A stretch of DNA of 61,522 nucleotides, the filler included. It is 8 parts of 8 records of this genome, joined end to end, with 100 filler letters (N's around TTAATTAATTAA, not from the genome) between each part and the next. Parts side by side here need not be neighbours in the genome. Positions count along the whole stretch, not along the records: positions 39,374 to 51,045 come from SRR31147125_54707; positions 51,146 to 61,522 come from SRR31147125_54711; 6 more parts are not named here. One strand, written 5' to 3'. Positions within the stretch are counted from its first letter, which is position 1, and each line of letters starts with the position of its first letter. Shown piece after piece: positions 42,190 through 52,154 of the stretch. The notes under the pieces are model-generated. The model made no database searches. It was given only the letters and a program-made list of their open reading frames with translations, and had not been told where the DNA came from. Made by a program: the position numbers and the translations under genes.

Positions 42190-43643
42190 ATGAAAGTAGT
42201 CGTTCTCGGTGCCGGAATTTCTGGTCATACCGCAGCAGCATTTCTCAAAAAAAATTAGGTAAAAAACACGATGTAATTGTTGTTTCTCCAAGTCAGTATT
42301 ACCAATGGGTGCCATCTAATATTTGGGTGGGCGTTGGAAAAATGACACCCGATCAGGTACGTTTTAAGCTAAATAAAGTTTACAAACGCTGGGGTATCGA
42401 TTTCAGGCAGGCAAAAGCAACCGCCATTCATCCAGAAGGAGATTCAAGTTCGAATACGGCTTTTGTTGATATTGAATATACATCGGAAGACAAGCGCGGC
42501 GAAACCGATAAAGTAGAATACGACTATTTAGTTAATGCCACCGGACCAAAACTAAACTTTGACGGAACTGAAGGTTTGGGACCGGGTAAAAACACGGTTT
42601 CGGTATGTTCGTACGACCATGCTGCCCATGCCTGGGAAGAGCTGGAAAAGAGTATTGAGAAAATGAAAAAAGGCGAAAAGCAACGTTTCCTTATCGGTAC
42701 CGGGCACCCAATGGCCACTTGCCAGGGAGCTGCTTTTGAATATGCCCTGAATATTGCTTTCGAACTAAAAAAACGCAAACTGCTGCACCTTGCCGAAATT
42801 ACCTGGATTACCAACGAATACGAGGTTGGCGATTTTGGAATGGGAGGTGCATTTGTTAAACGCGGTGGTTATGTAACATCAACCAAAGTATTTACAGAAT
42901 CGGTATTTGCCGAAAATAATATAGATTGGATTAAACGCGCCGGAGTAATTAAAGTTGAGCCGGGTAAAGCATATTACGAAACGCTCGACGGGAAAGAAGA
43001 TTCGAAGGAATTTGATTTTGCCATGCTAATTCCGGGATTCGCCGGACAACCAATAAAAGCTTTCGATAAAGGCGGCGAAGACATTACATCGACCGTATTT
43101 GCACCAAACGGATTTATGAAAGTAGATGCCGACTACAATCCGAAACCTTTTGAAGAATGGACAATTAACGACTGGCCGCAAACCTATCAGAATCCGACAT
43201 ACGGAAATATGTATGCAACCGGAATTGCATTTGCACCGCCACATTCAATATCGAAACCAATGAAAAGCCCAAGTGGCAGAGCTATTTTCCCGGCACCACC
43301 TCGTACCGGAATGCCATCGGGTGTAATAGGTAAAATTGTTGCCGAAAATATTGCAGAAGGCATTAAGAATGGAAAATTTGAGCACAAGCACACTGCCAAT
43401 ATGGGACGCATGGGAGCTGCGTGTATTGTATCGGCAGGCTACAGCATGACAAAAGGCTTGGGTGCTACCATGACCGTTTCGCCGGTTGTGCCCGACTGGG
43501 AAAAATACCCGGAATGGGGACGCAACATTAATACAACAGTTGGAGAAATTGGAACAGCAGGACACTGGATAAAACTCTTCCTGCACTATATGTTCTTACA
43601 TAAAGCAAAAGGTTATCCATTCTGGTGGTTATTGCCGGAATAG
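42190..43643 (+). CDS. sqr: sulfide:quinone oxidoreductase, frameshift in A-run near 42250
   Basis: VLGAGISG from ATG 42190; conserved Cys in SVC, ATCQGAAFEY and AACI; PPRTG; amphipathic C-terminus GHWIK. Confidence 0.82.
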
Positions 43644-43650
43644 TTGATGT

Positions 43651-43716
43651 ACTGAGGAACTGAATTATTGATGGACTGAAGGACTGATTGGGTTACTGAA
43701 GGACCGAATGTTGATG
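43651..43716 (+). repeat. degenerate 8-bp tandem repeat (ACTGAAGG-like)
   Basis: ACTGAGGA ACTGAATT ATTGATGG ACTGAAGG ACTGATTG .. ACTGAAGG ACCGAATG. Confidence 0.6.
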
Positions 43717-43738
43717 TAAAAAATTTAAAACGAAAAAA

Positions 43739-43903
43739 ATGGAAAAACAAAATAGAGTAACTACCGCATACAAAGACGAATTTTATCCTCCAATTCCAAC
43801 CCGTTGGACAAAATTTTGGAGAACCTGCTTTATAATTCAATTTTATAAATTCTTCAGATTGAATTTGAAAATAATGCTGATTGTGGTTAAGGGACACTCG
43901 TAA
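43739..43903 (+). CDS. small 54-aa basic/aromatic protein downstream of sqr (below ORF-track cutoff)
   Basis: MEKQNRVTTAYKDEFYPPIPTRWTKFWRTCFIIQFYKFFRLNLKIMLIVVKGHS; A-rich leader; followed by strong hairpin. Confidence 0.65.
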   Translation: MEKQNRVTTAYKDEFYPPIPTRWTKFWRTCFIIQFYKFFRLNLKIMLIVVKGHS

Positions 43904-43913
43904 TTTACAGTGT

Positions 43914-43958
43914 ATTCATCGGGCGACTATTAGATACAACTTCTGTCGCCCGATGAAT
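43914..43958 (+). terminator. stem-loop closing the sqr unit
   Basis: perfect 14-bp arms ATTCATCGGGCGAC / GTCGCCCGATGAAT. Confidence 0.55.
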
Positions 43959-44279
43959 TTACAAAGCACCCGAATTTCCGTCGTCTTTAATCCGAAGAAT
44001 CCCCTGTAAATCGGAGCACTTCTAATTTTATCCCACGCACTTTTATTCTACCCAAAGTATGTTTGTATAATCTAGCAAACAAATACTTAACACACTTAAC
44101 ACCTTAATTTTAAGTTTTTTGCCGTAACTTTAATAATACTGATAAAATCAGTAACCCTGTATACTAAATCCTTCAGCTTAAACTACGTATACTTCCGTAG
44201 TTAAAATCATAAATTAAGGATTAAGGAAAATGCCGAAAATCCGGGATATAGAGTAGGCTTACCATTAAATCTCAAAGCT

Positions 44280-46575
44280 ATGATTATTTCCATGCAGGGT
44301 AACTGGACTGTTACCGTCAAATCTAAAAAGGCTAGTTATAAGCAACAATTTATTGTGCAGGGAGCAGACACCGGCAATGGTGTTTACGAAGGGAAACTAT
44401 AATAAGTGCAAATGTAACAGGTGAACAATGGTCAATCGCTATCCAAAACAAAAAACTTTTTCAGATTGGCAGTTGTCTAAAACGCAAATTAAATTTCCTA
44501 CACAACAAGGTGGAAACTACCAGTTCGAAATTTGGTCGGATGATATGTATAATGATGAAGACTTTAACGACCTTATTTTAACCTGCTCTACCCCGGCAAA
44601 CATTAACGACTTTATTATTTATGGCAACGTAACACTTTATAGCGGACGTTGCACCTTTAATCCATGCCGCAAATTTCCTTTTGTAATCGAGACTTATCCG
44701 GGATTGCTTCGGGCATTAAAAAATCCGTTCTTAAGAGAATATATTGAAGAATTTTATCCGGAAAGAATACCGACCGAAGAGGAATTGCCTGAACCACCAT
44801 GGCTGGATCCTGATCCGGGTCCTTACTTTAAGCCACTGGTTTTTGATGTAAGCGATGTAGCCACACAACCAAATACATTGGTTCAATACGCCCCTAAAGC
44901 AATTGAAAATCCATCAAGAGGAGGTTCAGAAAACGAAGGGCTGGTAAACGAACTGGCTGCATCAAACTTTACTCTTGTTAGTAAATCGTTGTCAGTTAAT
45001 ACCTCCGAAACAGTAGCACTGGCACCCGACAGATTAAAGGTTGTTGAAAACATTGAAAGTCTTTTCTCTCCATGCATTAACGAAGCAGGCTCTAATTTAA
45101 CTTTAACCTTCGAAGAATACGATCGCACTATATCGGAACTGGCCGGCAGCGGATATACCGGAAATGGCAACCGACGCTTGCTGGGAGATACAATTACCGA
45201 TATGAACGGAAATTATATATTCAGGTTTAGTTTCGATATGACCTTCCCCGAATTGGAAGATGCAAGCGATATTGCACCCGGTGAAGATGTAAATACCGTT
45301 ATGTATCCCGATATTATTGTAAAAGTGGTAGAATATTCTCCTCTTGAAATACGGTATGAAAGTACTCCATTTTACAACATTTCTAACCTGAAAAGAATCA
45401 ATCTGTGTTTACCTGAATCTCAGGTAAAACCTACTTCGTTTTGTTTTAACGGCAATCTGCTCGGAAGTTTAGGTAACGTATTTATCGGCGGAAATCAAAA
45501 TACTGCTGGTTCAACAAGTAATGCAGCACTAACACGCGATGGCTATTCCAACTATCTCGATCCAGATGGAATTATTTCAGTGGAAAGTTCGCTTGCAGGA
45601 TTTAACGAAGAATGCATGGCCTGGCATGGAACCATTGACATGAAAGGCTGTATGTATGACACCTCGAAAAGTGCTGCACAAAATCAAATTAAATGGTATA
45701 CCATAGAAATTAGAAGAAAAGGCACTTCTAACTGGGAATATGTTAGCCAGAATTATAAGCACCCAAAATTCTCGAAACGAAATCTGCCAGGATATACAGG
45801 CGATAGTGTTGGGCCATCATATCCTAATGTTGGCAGTTTGATTAATAATGTTCCTGTTTACACAAATATCCAACGCGAAATATTTGCTGATGGAGTAGAC
45901 TGGGAATTCTCGAATTTGGATAGATATTTGCGCTTAAGTACCGGCTTATACGATAAAATTGTGGGTGTTACAACTCCGGGAACTTTTTATGTAAGGATAA
46001 AAGGATACACCGATACAGGTACACACGTTGCAAATGCCACAGACTTAATTGCCTTATTCATTCACAATCTTAACATGGAATTCGATCTGACAGAAATTGG
46101 TTTAACAGACCCTGCCATTGTAAAAGATGTTTGTGGTTTGTATCGTTTAACCGATGCCCAGATGAAAACTCCGATGGAATTTAATTTCAGAGCTGAAGAT
46201 ACGCATGGATTCATTGATGAATATGCCTTAAGAATCAGCCGATGCCCGGGAACATCTATCGGCCTGGTTTCTAATCAGCACGGAAGTTTCACCCTCGCCG
46301 GAACTCACTGGTTCCCCGAAGGAACAAAACCATCAAATATTCACGATACCTGCCCGGGCTATGAAGGAACAAAAGAAGACTTCTACGCCGGCAATGTACT
46401 CGTAAATATTCAGCCTGCTGTTAGTAGCACCGGATGGATTAAAGCTGGAGAATACTTTACCAAGTACACTCTCTATCTTCGCGGCCGTCAACGAAAAACA
46501 AATGGCTACAATCATGGAGTTACCGTTTGGAGAGAAAGATGGAGACAAATTTTAATGGAAAGATTAACTCCATGA
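44280..46575 (+). CDS. large hypothetical protein (about 765 aa), two apparent frameshifts near 44395 and 44455
   Basis: ATG 44280 gives [16 protein letters not shown]; a second frame gives [14 protein letters not shown]; then joins the 44428-46575 ORF. Confidence 0.75.
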
Positions 46576-46859
46576 CAGATGGAAATATTCTTGAATTCAT
46601 TCTTTGTGTACTTGTAGTGTGGCGATTAACACACTTATTATCACAAGAAGATGGACCTTTTGATATTGTAATCAGGTTCAGGAAACTTTTCGGGCATGGT
46701 TTCTTCGGAAACCTGCTCGACTGTTTCTATTGTTTAAGTTTATGGATTGCAATTCCATTTGCCTTTTTACTTTCTACAAATTGGATATGGGGAATTATTA
46801 CATGGCTGGCACTCTCGGGAGCCGCCTGTTTGTTACAAAAAATAACCACTAAAGAATAA
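46572..46859 (+). CDS. small membrane protein with CxxC (DUF1360-like)
   Basis: ATGA overlap; [23 protein letters not shown]. Confidence 0.75.
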   Translation: MTDGNILEFILCVLVVWRLTHLLSQEDGPFDIVIRFRKLFGHGFFGNLLDCFYCLSLWIAIPFAFLLSTNWIWGIITWLALSGAACLLQKITTKE

Positions 46860-46862
46860 AGT

Positions 46863-47120
46863 ATGGGATGTTGTGGCGAAAAACGAAGAAAGTGGAAGAA
46901 CAGCGACACGAAACCAGAACCTCAGAAACAAAAACACACTCAACCTAGTTTTAAACCCAACCGGGTATTTCAATATATTGGCAATACGTCGTTAACCATA
47001 AGCGGAATCGCAACAGAAAATACCTATCGTTTTGCGTTTAAAGGGGATAAACAAGAAGTTTGTTACACCGATTCGTTTGCGCTTATGGCTGAAAATGAAC
47101 TTATTTTAATTGCTACTTGA
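46863..47120 (+). CDS. small basic protein starting MGCCG
   Basis: starts 4 nt after previous stop. Confidence 0.7.
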   Translation: MGCCGEKRRKWKNSDTKPEPQKQKHTQPSFKPNRVFQYIGNTSLTISGIATENTYRFAFKGDKQEVCYTDSFALMAENELILIAT

Positions 47121-47127
47121 CAAAACT

Positions 47128-48447
47128 CTATTCCGCCATTAATCCAATTACATTTCCCGTCATTACAGCAATGCCGGTTTCAATGGTATTTTTATAATCG
47201 GGTGTTAAATGTGGCGAATGCAAAGGAAATGGTTTCTTGTCTTCCGATTTTAACTGTTTCATTAATTCGGGGCTGGTACTTCCGAGCCACATCAGGCAGA
47301 TAGGAACATTTTCAGCGGTGCGCCCGTATTTCCCGAAATCCTCGCCTACCATTTCGGGCTGCGTTTCAATAATACTTTCTGTGCCTATTATTTCTGCTGC
47401 AAAACCGTTAATCTTTTCAGCCAACTCAGCATTATTCAAAACCGGTGGAGTTTCAATTAGCGAAACAAAAACTTTTGGAAGTTTATCTTTTGGCATTCCT
47501 GCAGCAAGTGCAGTATTTTCACATTTCCTTTTAATAGCAGCAATTACTTTCTCAATGGTTTCGTCGGAAAAATACCGCAGTGTAAGTTCCATTTTCACCT
47601 CATCAGGAATAATATTTGGTCGCGTACCGCCATGAATGGAACCAACTGTAACAACAGCAGGCTCGGTTGGACTCAGTTCGCGGCTAACAATGGTTTGCAA
47701 ATCAGTAACAATTCTCGAAGCTATAACAACCGGGTCGATACATTTGTGTGGATAAGCTCCGTGTCCACCTTTTCCGAATACAGTAATTTCAACGGTTTTT
47801 ACACCGGCAAAAACAGGCCCGCCACGCAAACCAATTGTTCCCGATTCCAGTTCGGGATTAATATGATAAGCCAATGCGTAATCGGGCGTTGGAAATTTGG
47901 TAAACAAACCAGCCTCAATCGCTTCTTTCGAACCTTTACTCAGCTCTTCTGCTTGTTGGGTAATTACCACAGCAGTTCCCTGCCATTTATCTTTTAAGGC
48001 CACTAATGTTCGTGCAGTACCAATACATGTCGACATATGAATATCGTGTCCACAAGCGTGCATCACCGGTACATTGTCGCCGTCTAATTCTGTAATTTTT
48101 GTACTGGCAAAATCAAATTCTGTTTTTTCCTGAATTGGCAGGGCATCCATATCTGTACGGAGTAAAACAGTAGGCCCTTCGCCATTTTTAAGCACTCCAA
48201 CAACACTATTTCCTCCAACATTTTCGGTCACTTCAAAACCAATCTCGCGCAATTCTGCTGCCATTCGTTTTGCTGTTTCCTTTTCGTACAATGATAACTC
48301 CGGATTTTGATGTAGATATTTACAAAGCTCAAAAGAATATTCGGCCTGTTTTTGGGCTTCATTCTTTATTATACTATTTAAATTTTGAGCGTTGATTTGA
48401 AAAGTAGTCACAATTGATAATATTAGAAATAAAATTTTAACCTTCAT
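47128..48447 (-). CDS. M20D amidohydrolase with signal peptide
   Basis: LHQNPELS, RTDMDALP, MHACGHD, AEE, GGHGA, EDF, HSP. Confidence 0.92.
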   Translation of the reverse strand: MKVKILFLILSIVTTFQINAQNLNSIIKNEAQKQAEYSFELCKYLHQNPELSLYEKETAKRMAAELREIGFEVTENVGGNSVVGVLKNGEGPTVLLRTDMDALPIQEKTEFDFASTKITELDGDNVPVMHACGHDIHMSTCIGTARTLVALKDKWQGTAVVITQQAEELSKGSKEAIEAGLFTKFPTPDYALAYHINPELESGTIGLRGGPVFAGVKTVEITVFGKGGHGAYPHKCIDPVVIASRIVTDLQTIVSRELSPTEPAVVTVGSIHGGTRPNIIPDEVKMELTLRYFSDETIEKVIAAIKRKCENTALAAGMPKDKLPKVFVSLIETPPVLNNAELAEKINGFAAEIIGTESIIETQPEMVGEDFGKYGRTAENVPICLMWLGSTSPELMKQLKSEDKKPFPLHSPHLTPDYKNTIETGIAVMTGNVIGLMAE

Positions 48448-48541
48448 TCTGAAATTGTTGAAATTAGAACATCCCTAAAATAGAAAAAGTTTTCGCTGCA
48501 TTTAAAGAAATAGCATTCCTTCTCAATTTTCAATCATTTTT

Positions 48542-49546
48542 TTAACTGATACGACAAAACTCAACCAATGCAAACCAATTGTTCTTATCCGTTTGAATAT
48601 TCTTTATTTGCAAACCGGTTCCATCTGCTAATTGCTTAATACTTTCCAGGGTATATTTATGCGAATTTTCGGTATGTATTAATTCTCCTTTTTTAAATCG
48701 GATAGTTTGCTTAAAAAAGGGGGAAGTTATTTCAACATCTTTATTGGCCAGCAAATGCATTTCAATACACGATTTCTCCGCTTTGAAAAAAGCTTTGTGC
48801 TCAAAATCATCCACACAAAAATTGCTTTGAACAATATTATTTACAACCTTCAATATATTTCTATTGAATTGTTCGGTAATACCCCGCGAATCGTTGTAGG
48901 CAGCGTGTAAAATATCTTCCTGCTTAACCAAGTCGAAACCAATTAACAAGGTATCGTTTTTCAAAATTCCTTTTGAAAGATTCAGAACCATTTCTTTGGC
49001 TTCCAACGGATTAAAATTACCAATTGTACTTCCTAAAAAACATACCAAACGCGACTTCCCGGAATGCGGAATTAAATTAATCTGATGGACAAAATCGGCG
49101 ATATAGCCTTCAATTTGCAACTCAGGAAACCTTTCAGAAAGTTGATTTGCTGAATCTTCGATGGCTGATTGACTAAAATCAACAGGAATATATTTTACCT
49201 TTTCCAAATTCCCATTAGCTGCTTCAAACCAAATAGAAGCCTTTGAACAATCGCCACTACCGAGTTCAATAATTTCGAATGAATCTTTTCTATTCATTAC
49301 TTCGGGGGCAATGTTGGCTATTATTCCCTTTTCTGTTCGCGTTGGGTAATATTCTTCTAGCGCCGTAATTTCTTCGAATAATCGGGAGCCCATTTCATCG
49401 TAAAAAAACTTGCTCGAAATGTATGGTTTTTGGGAAGTTAAACCAGTAACTATTTCTTGCCGGGCCTGTTCAATTCCCATCTCAGGAAGAAGATTTTTAA
49501 TCTTTACCTTATGCTGTTGAATTATATCAGTTTCTGTAAAATTCAT
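48542..49546 (-). CDS. egtD: L-histidine N-alpha-trimethyltransferase (EgtD/EanA)
   Basis: SKFFYD, EYYPTRTE, ELGSG, FLGSTIGNF, AYND, IHTENSHKY. Confidence 0.92.
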   Translation of the reverse strand: MNFTETDIIQQHKVKIKNLLPEMGIEQARQEIVTGLTSQKPYISSKFFYDEMGSRLFEEITALEEYYPTRTEKGIIANIAPEVMNRKDSFEIIELGSGDCSKASIWFEAANGNLEKVKYIPVDFSQSAIEDSANQLSERFPELQIEGYIADFVHQINLIPHSGKSRLVCFLGSTIGNFNPLEAKEMVLNLSKGILKNDTLLIGFDLVKQEDILHAAYNDSRGITEQFNRNILKVVNNIVQSNFCVDDFEHKAFFKAEKSCIEMHLLANKDVEITSPFFKQTIRFKKGELIHTENSHKYTLESIKQLADGTGLQIKNIQTDKNNWFALVEFCRIS

Positions 49547-49552
49547 AAGCGG

Positions 49553-50842
49553 CTAATTTGGGATTCCTGTTTCGTAAGGATTATTTGGGTCGTTACTCCA
49601 TTCGAACCAACCACCATCGTATACCGAAACCCGCGGCCAGCCCATTAGCCAGGCATTAAAAAAGGCTTCGCTGCCGCGCCATCCGGTTCCGCAGTAAAAC
49701 GCACAGTGTTTATCCGGCGTAATTCCAACTTCGCCCCAGGTACGTTCTACTTCGGCAGCTTCTTTTATGGTATGGTCTACGTTCCGGTAATTCTCCATGT
49801 GATAGGCATCGGTACCGCAATTTCCAAAAACAGCTCCCGGAATTCGGCCTTTTTTCTCGATGTAATTATAACCACTCACCTCGCCAATCCATTCGGGCCA
49901 GCTTCGTACGCTAACTAACTCAGCCTTCTCCGAGGCAATTATGTCTTTAGCTTCGGGCACATCAACAGCAAGCTCCGGTTTGGCTGGAATCTGTGCTCCA
50001 AAATCTGTTACAGAAATTGGTAATGTTGGAGCTTTGGTAAGCTCGTAACCGGCATCTTTCCACGACTGCATTCCACCATTCAAAATCCGGACATCTTTTA
50101 CACCCGCATACATCATTATAAATGCACAACGTATTGAGCCCAAATGTCCGGCACTGCTTCCCGGAAATGGATCGTCGTTATTTGGGAACGAAAACCGCCC
50201 GTACATAATTACAGTTGTATCAGTGGTAATTCCGTGTTTTTCCAATGCAGCTTTCAACTCTTCAGGTGTGCGTCGGTTCCATGTTTCGGGCGATTCTAAT
50301 TCATTCGAATCAATGGCAATGGCTCCGGGAATATGGTCAATTTTATAGTCATCCGGATTTTGGTAATGAGCATGACAAACCACAAATTTATCGTTTTTGT
50401 ATTCATCGGGAGTTCCACCGGAAATAAGAGTTTTCAGCCATTCTGCAGAAACCAGCTGCCGATAACGTGCCAGTTTTTCCATTGGCAGAGAGTCGTTTTC
50501 TGTCCACTCATTTAAAAACTCCAAATAAACATGTACATCAGCATAGCCGGCACGTTCAAACATTTTTACAGCGTCTTGCGAATCATCCACATTGTAGCCA
50601 TAAATCACAATTTTATGTTCAGTCAGAATTCCTTTCGAACGAACAACCTCAATCCAATCGATATATTTTGTCCATTTGGAAGGCAAACTGCGAGCACCTT
50701 TTATGTGCCCTCCACGTTTTTCACCTTTTAATTTCCATCCGTTGTATGCATCTACAGGGCGGATGTCAATAATTTGAACTTTAGGATTATCGAGCAACTT
50801 TGTAAGTTCTGCTGTGCTGAGTGAGTTTATTTGATTTGTCAT
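49553..50842 (-). CDS. eanB: three-domain rhodanese sulfurtransferase, EanB-like ergothioneine synthase
   Basis: GHIKGA/HIPGA/RIPGA repeats, active loop FYCGTGWR, SGYNY, VYDGGWFEW; 6-nt gap to egtD. Confidence 0.78.
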   Translation of the reverse strand: MTNQINSLSTAELTKLLDNPKVQIIDIRPVDAYNGWKLKGEKRGGHIKGARSLPSKWTKYIDWIEVVRSKGILTEHKIVIYGYNVDDSQDAVKMFERAGYADVHVYLEFLNEWTENDSLPMEKLARYRQLVSAEWLKTLISGGTPDEYKNDKFVVCHAHYQNPDDYKIDHIPGAIAIDSNELESPETWNRRTPEELKAALEKHGITTDTTVIMYGRFSFPNNDDPFPGSSAGHLGSIRCAFIMMYAGVKDVRILNGGMQSWKDAGYELTKAPTLPISVTDFGAQIPAKPELAVDVPEAKDIIASEKAELVSVRSWPEWIGEVSGYNYIEKKGRIPGAVFGNCGTDAYHMENYRNVDHTIKEAAEVERTWGEVGITPDKHCAFYCGTGWRGSEAFFNAWLMGWPRVSVYDGGWFEWSNDPNNPYETGIPN

Positions 50843-51045
50843 AAAGTAAGTTGAAAGTTATAGTAATTGCAACAGGCAAACCTTAAGCTTGTTTTATGTT
50901 ACTGAAAAAAATTCCCAGCTAATGTGTTTTCGGCCGGCTGCCTTTTCATAATCTGAATCAATATTAAATTCGCCATTTCTGATTTTTGTATAAATTCCGG
51001 CAATAACGGTTCCCAGAAATTCTCCGTTTGCTTTTTCTGAAATTC

Positions 51046-51145
51046 NNNNNNNNNNNNNNNNNNNNNNNNNNNNNNNNNNNNNNNNNNNNTTAATTAATTA
51101 ANNNNNNNNNNNNNNNNNNNNNNNNNNNNNNNNNNNNNNNNNNNN
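51046..51145. other. artificial contig spacer
   Basis: N44-TTAATTAATTAA-N44. Confidence 0.99.
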
Positions 51146-51862
51146 TCCTCCTACGGCCGGGCCCAGACCATGGTGAAAAAATCCCCGGAAGAGGTCCGTG
51201 AAATCTGTGACGCCGGATTGAACAAGCTCTATTGCGGCATGGAATCGGGGTCCGCCCAGGTCCTTAAAATGGTGAAAAAAGGGATCACTCCGGCCTCCAT
51301 TATTGAGTCCGCCCGCATGGCACGGGAGGCGGGCATGGAAACCACCCAGTTCATTATCCTGGGCCTGGGGGGAACGTCCCTGTCCCGGGACCATGCCCTG
51401 GAAACCGCCCGGGTGCTCAGCTGTGTCAATCCCGACCAGATCCGGGTGCTGAGCCTGGGGATCAAGCCTGGATCAGGCCTGGACCGGCGTATGGCACAAG
51501 GTGAATTTTCCCTGGTCTCCGAAGCCGGGATGATTGAGGAGCAGCGGCTTATGGTCGCCCATATCAACGGGATCACCAGCCATTACGCCAACCACCACGC
51601 CATTGACCTGCTTTTGGAGATCCGGGGCCGGCTCCCGGATGACAAAGACCGGCTCCTGGGGATCATGGACCGGTTTCTTGCCATGGACCCGGCCGGCCAG
51701 GAGGCCTTTATCCTGGGCCGGCGCCTGGGATATTTCCAACGGCTCGACGATATGAACAGGGAGCCCGGCCGGACGATGGCGGCCGGGCAGGCGGCCGAAA
51801 TTCGGGCCTCCGGCCGGGACATGGAAGCGGTCTTCCATGACCTGAGGACCCGGGTGGTATAA
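51146..51862 (+). CDS. radical SAM protein (5' truncated)
   Basis: AGLNKLYCGMESGS..VL...KG, IILGLGG, HALETA. Confidence 0.8.
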   Translation, partial: SSYGRAQTMVKKSPEEVREICDAGLNKLYCGMESGSAQVLKMVKKGITPASIIESARMAREAGMETTQFIILGLGGTSLSRDHALETARVLSCVNPDQIRVLSLGIKPGSGLDRRMAQGEFSLVSEAGMIEEQRLMVAHINGITSHYANHHAIDLLLEIRGRLPDDKDRLLGIMDRFLAMDPAGQEAFILGRRLGYFQRLDDMNREPGRTMAAGQAAEIRASGRDMEAVFHDLRTRVV

Positions 51863-52154
51863 GGCGCCCCCCTTCGGGAGGCCCCCCAGTCTAAAAAGCA
51901 GCAAAAAAGGGAACCGATTTCCGAGGTTCGTGGTGAATTTTTCATCATCACAGGTTTATCGCTTTTCAGGGATGCCGGATATGGTTTGCTAAAGTCATCC
52001 GTTTTTTGCACGCTTTAGCCCCAGATCCTATCTTACGGAGCCCCTTTTCGCCCGGGGTTTCACAATTTCATACAATTATCATACTTTTCTTGACAAAATG
52101 CCTCATCCTGTCCTAAATCGGTCGTTTACATTAAATCATCAGAAAGGCAGGTCA

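Noticed and set aside
42245-42256. Programmed frameshift or phase variation at the sqr A-run
   Set aside because: The same one-base homopolymer deficit affects many unrelated genes in several contigs; sequencing error is simpler
43651-43716. CRISPR array
   Set aside because: 8-bp degenerate units with no spacers and no cas genes; no array seen anywhere in the window
33421-50842. A joint low-molecular-weight thiol cluster (bacillithiol plus ergothioneine)
   Set aside because: The genes are on different contigs separated by the spacer at 39274-39373
50893-51045. 3' end of a gene upstream of eanB
   Set aside because: Two minus-strand frames are open to the contig edge and neither has a recognisable motif, so no call is supportable
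6693-51145. Seven TTAATTAATTAA palindromes as a biological repeat
   Set aside because: Each is centred in an identical 100-nt N spacer and gives stops in all frames; it is a concatenation linker
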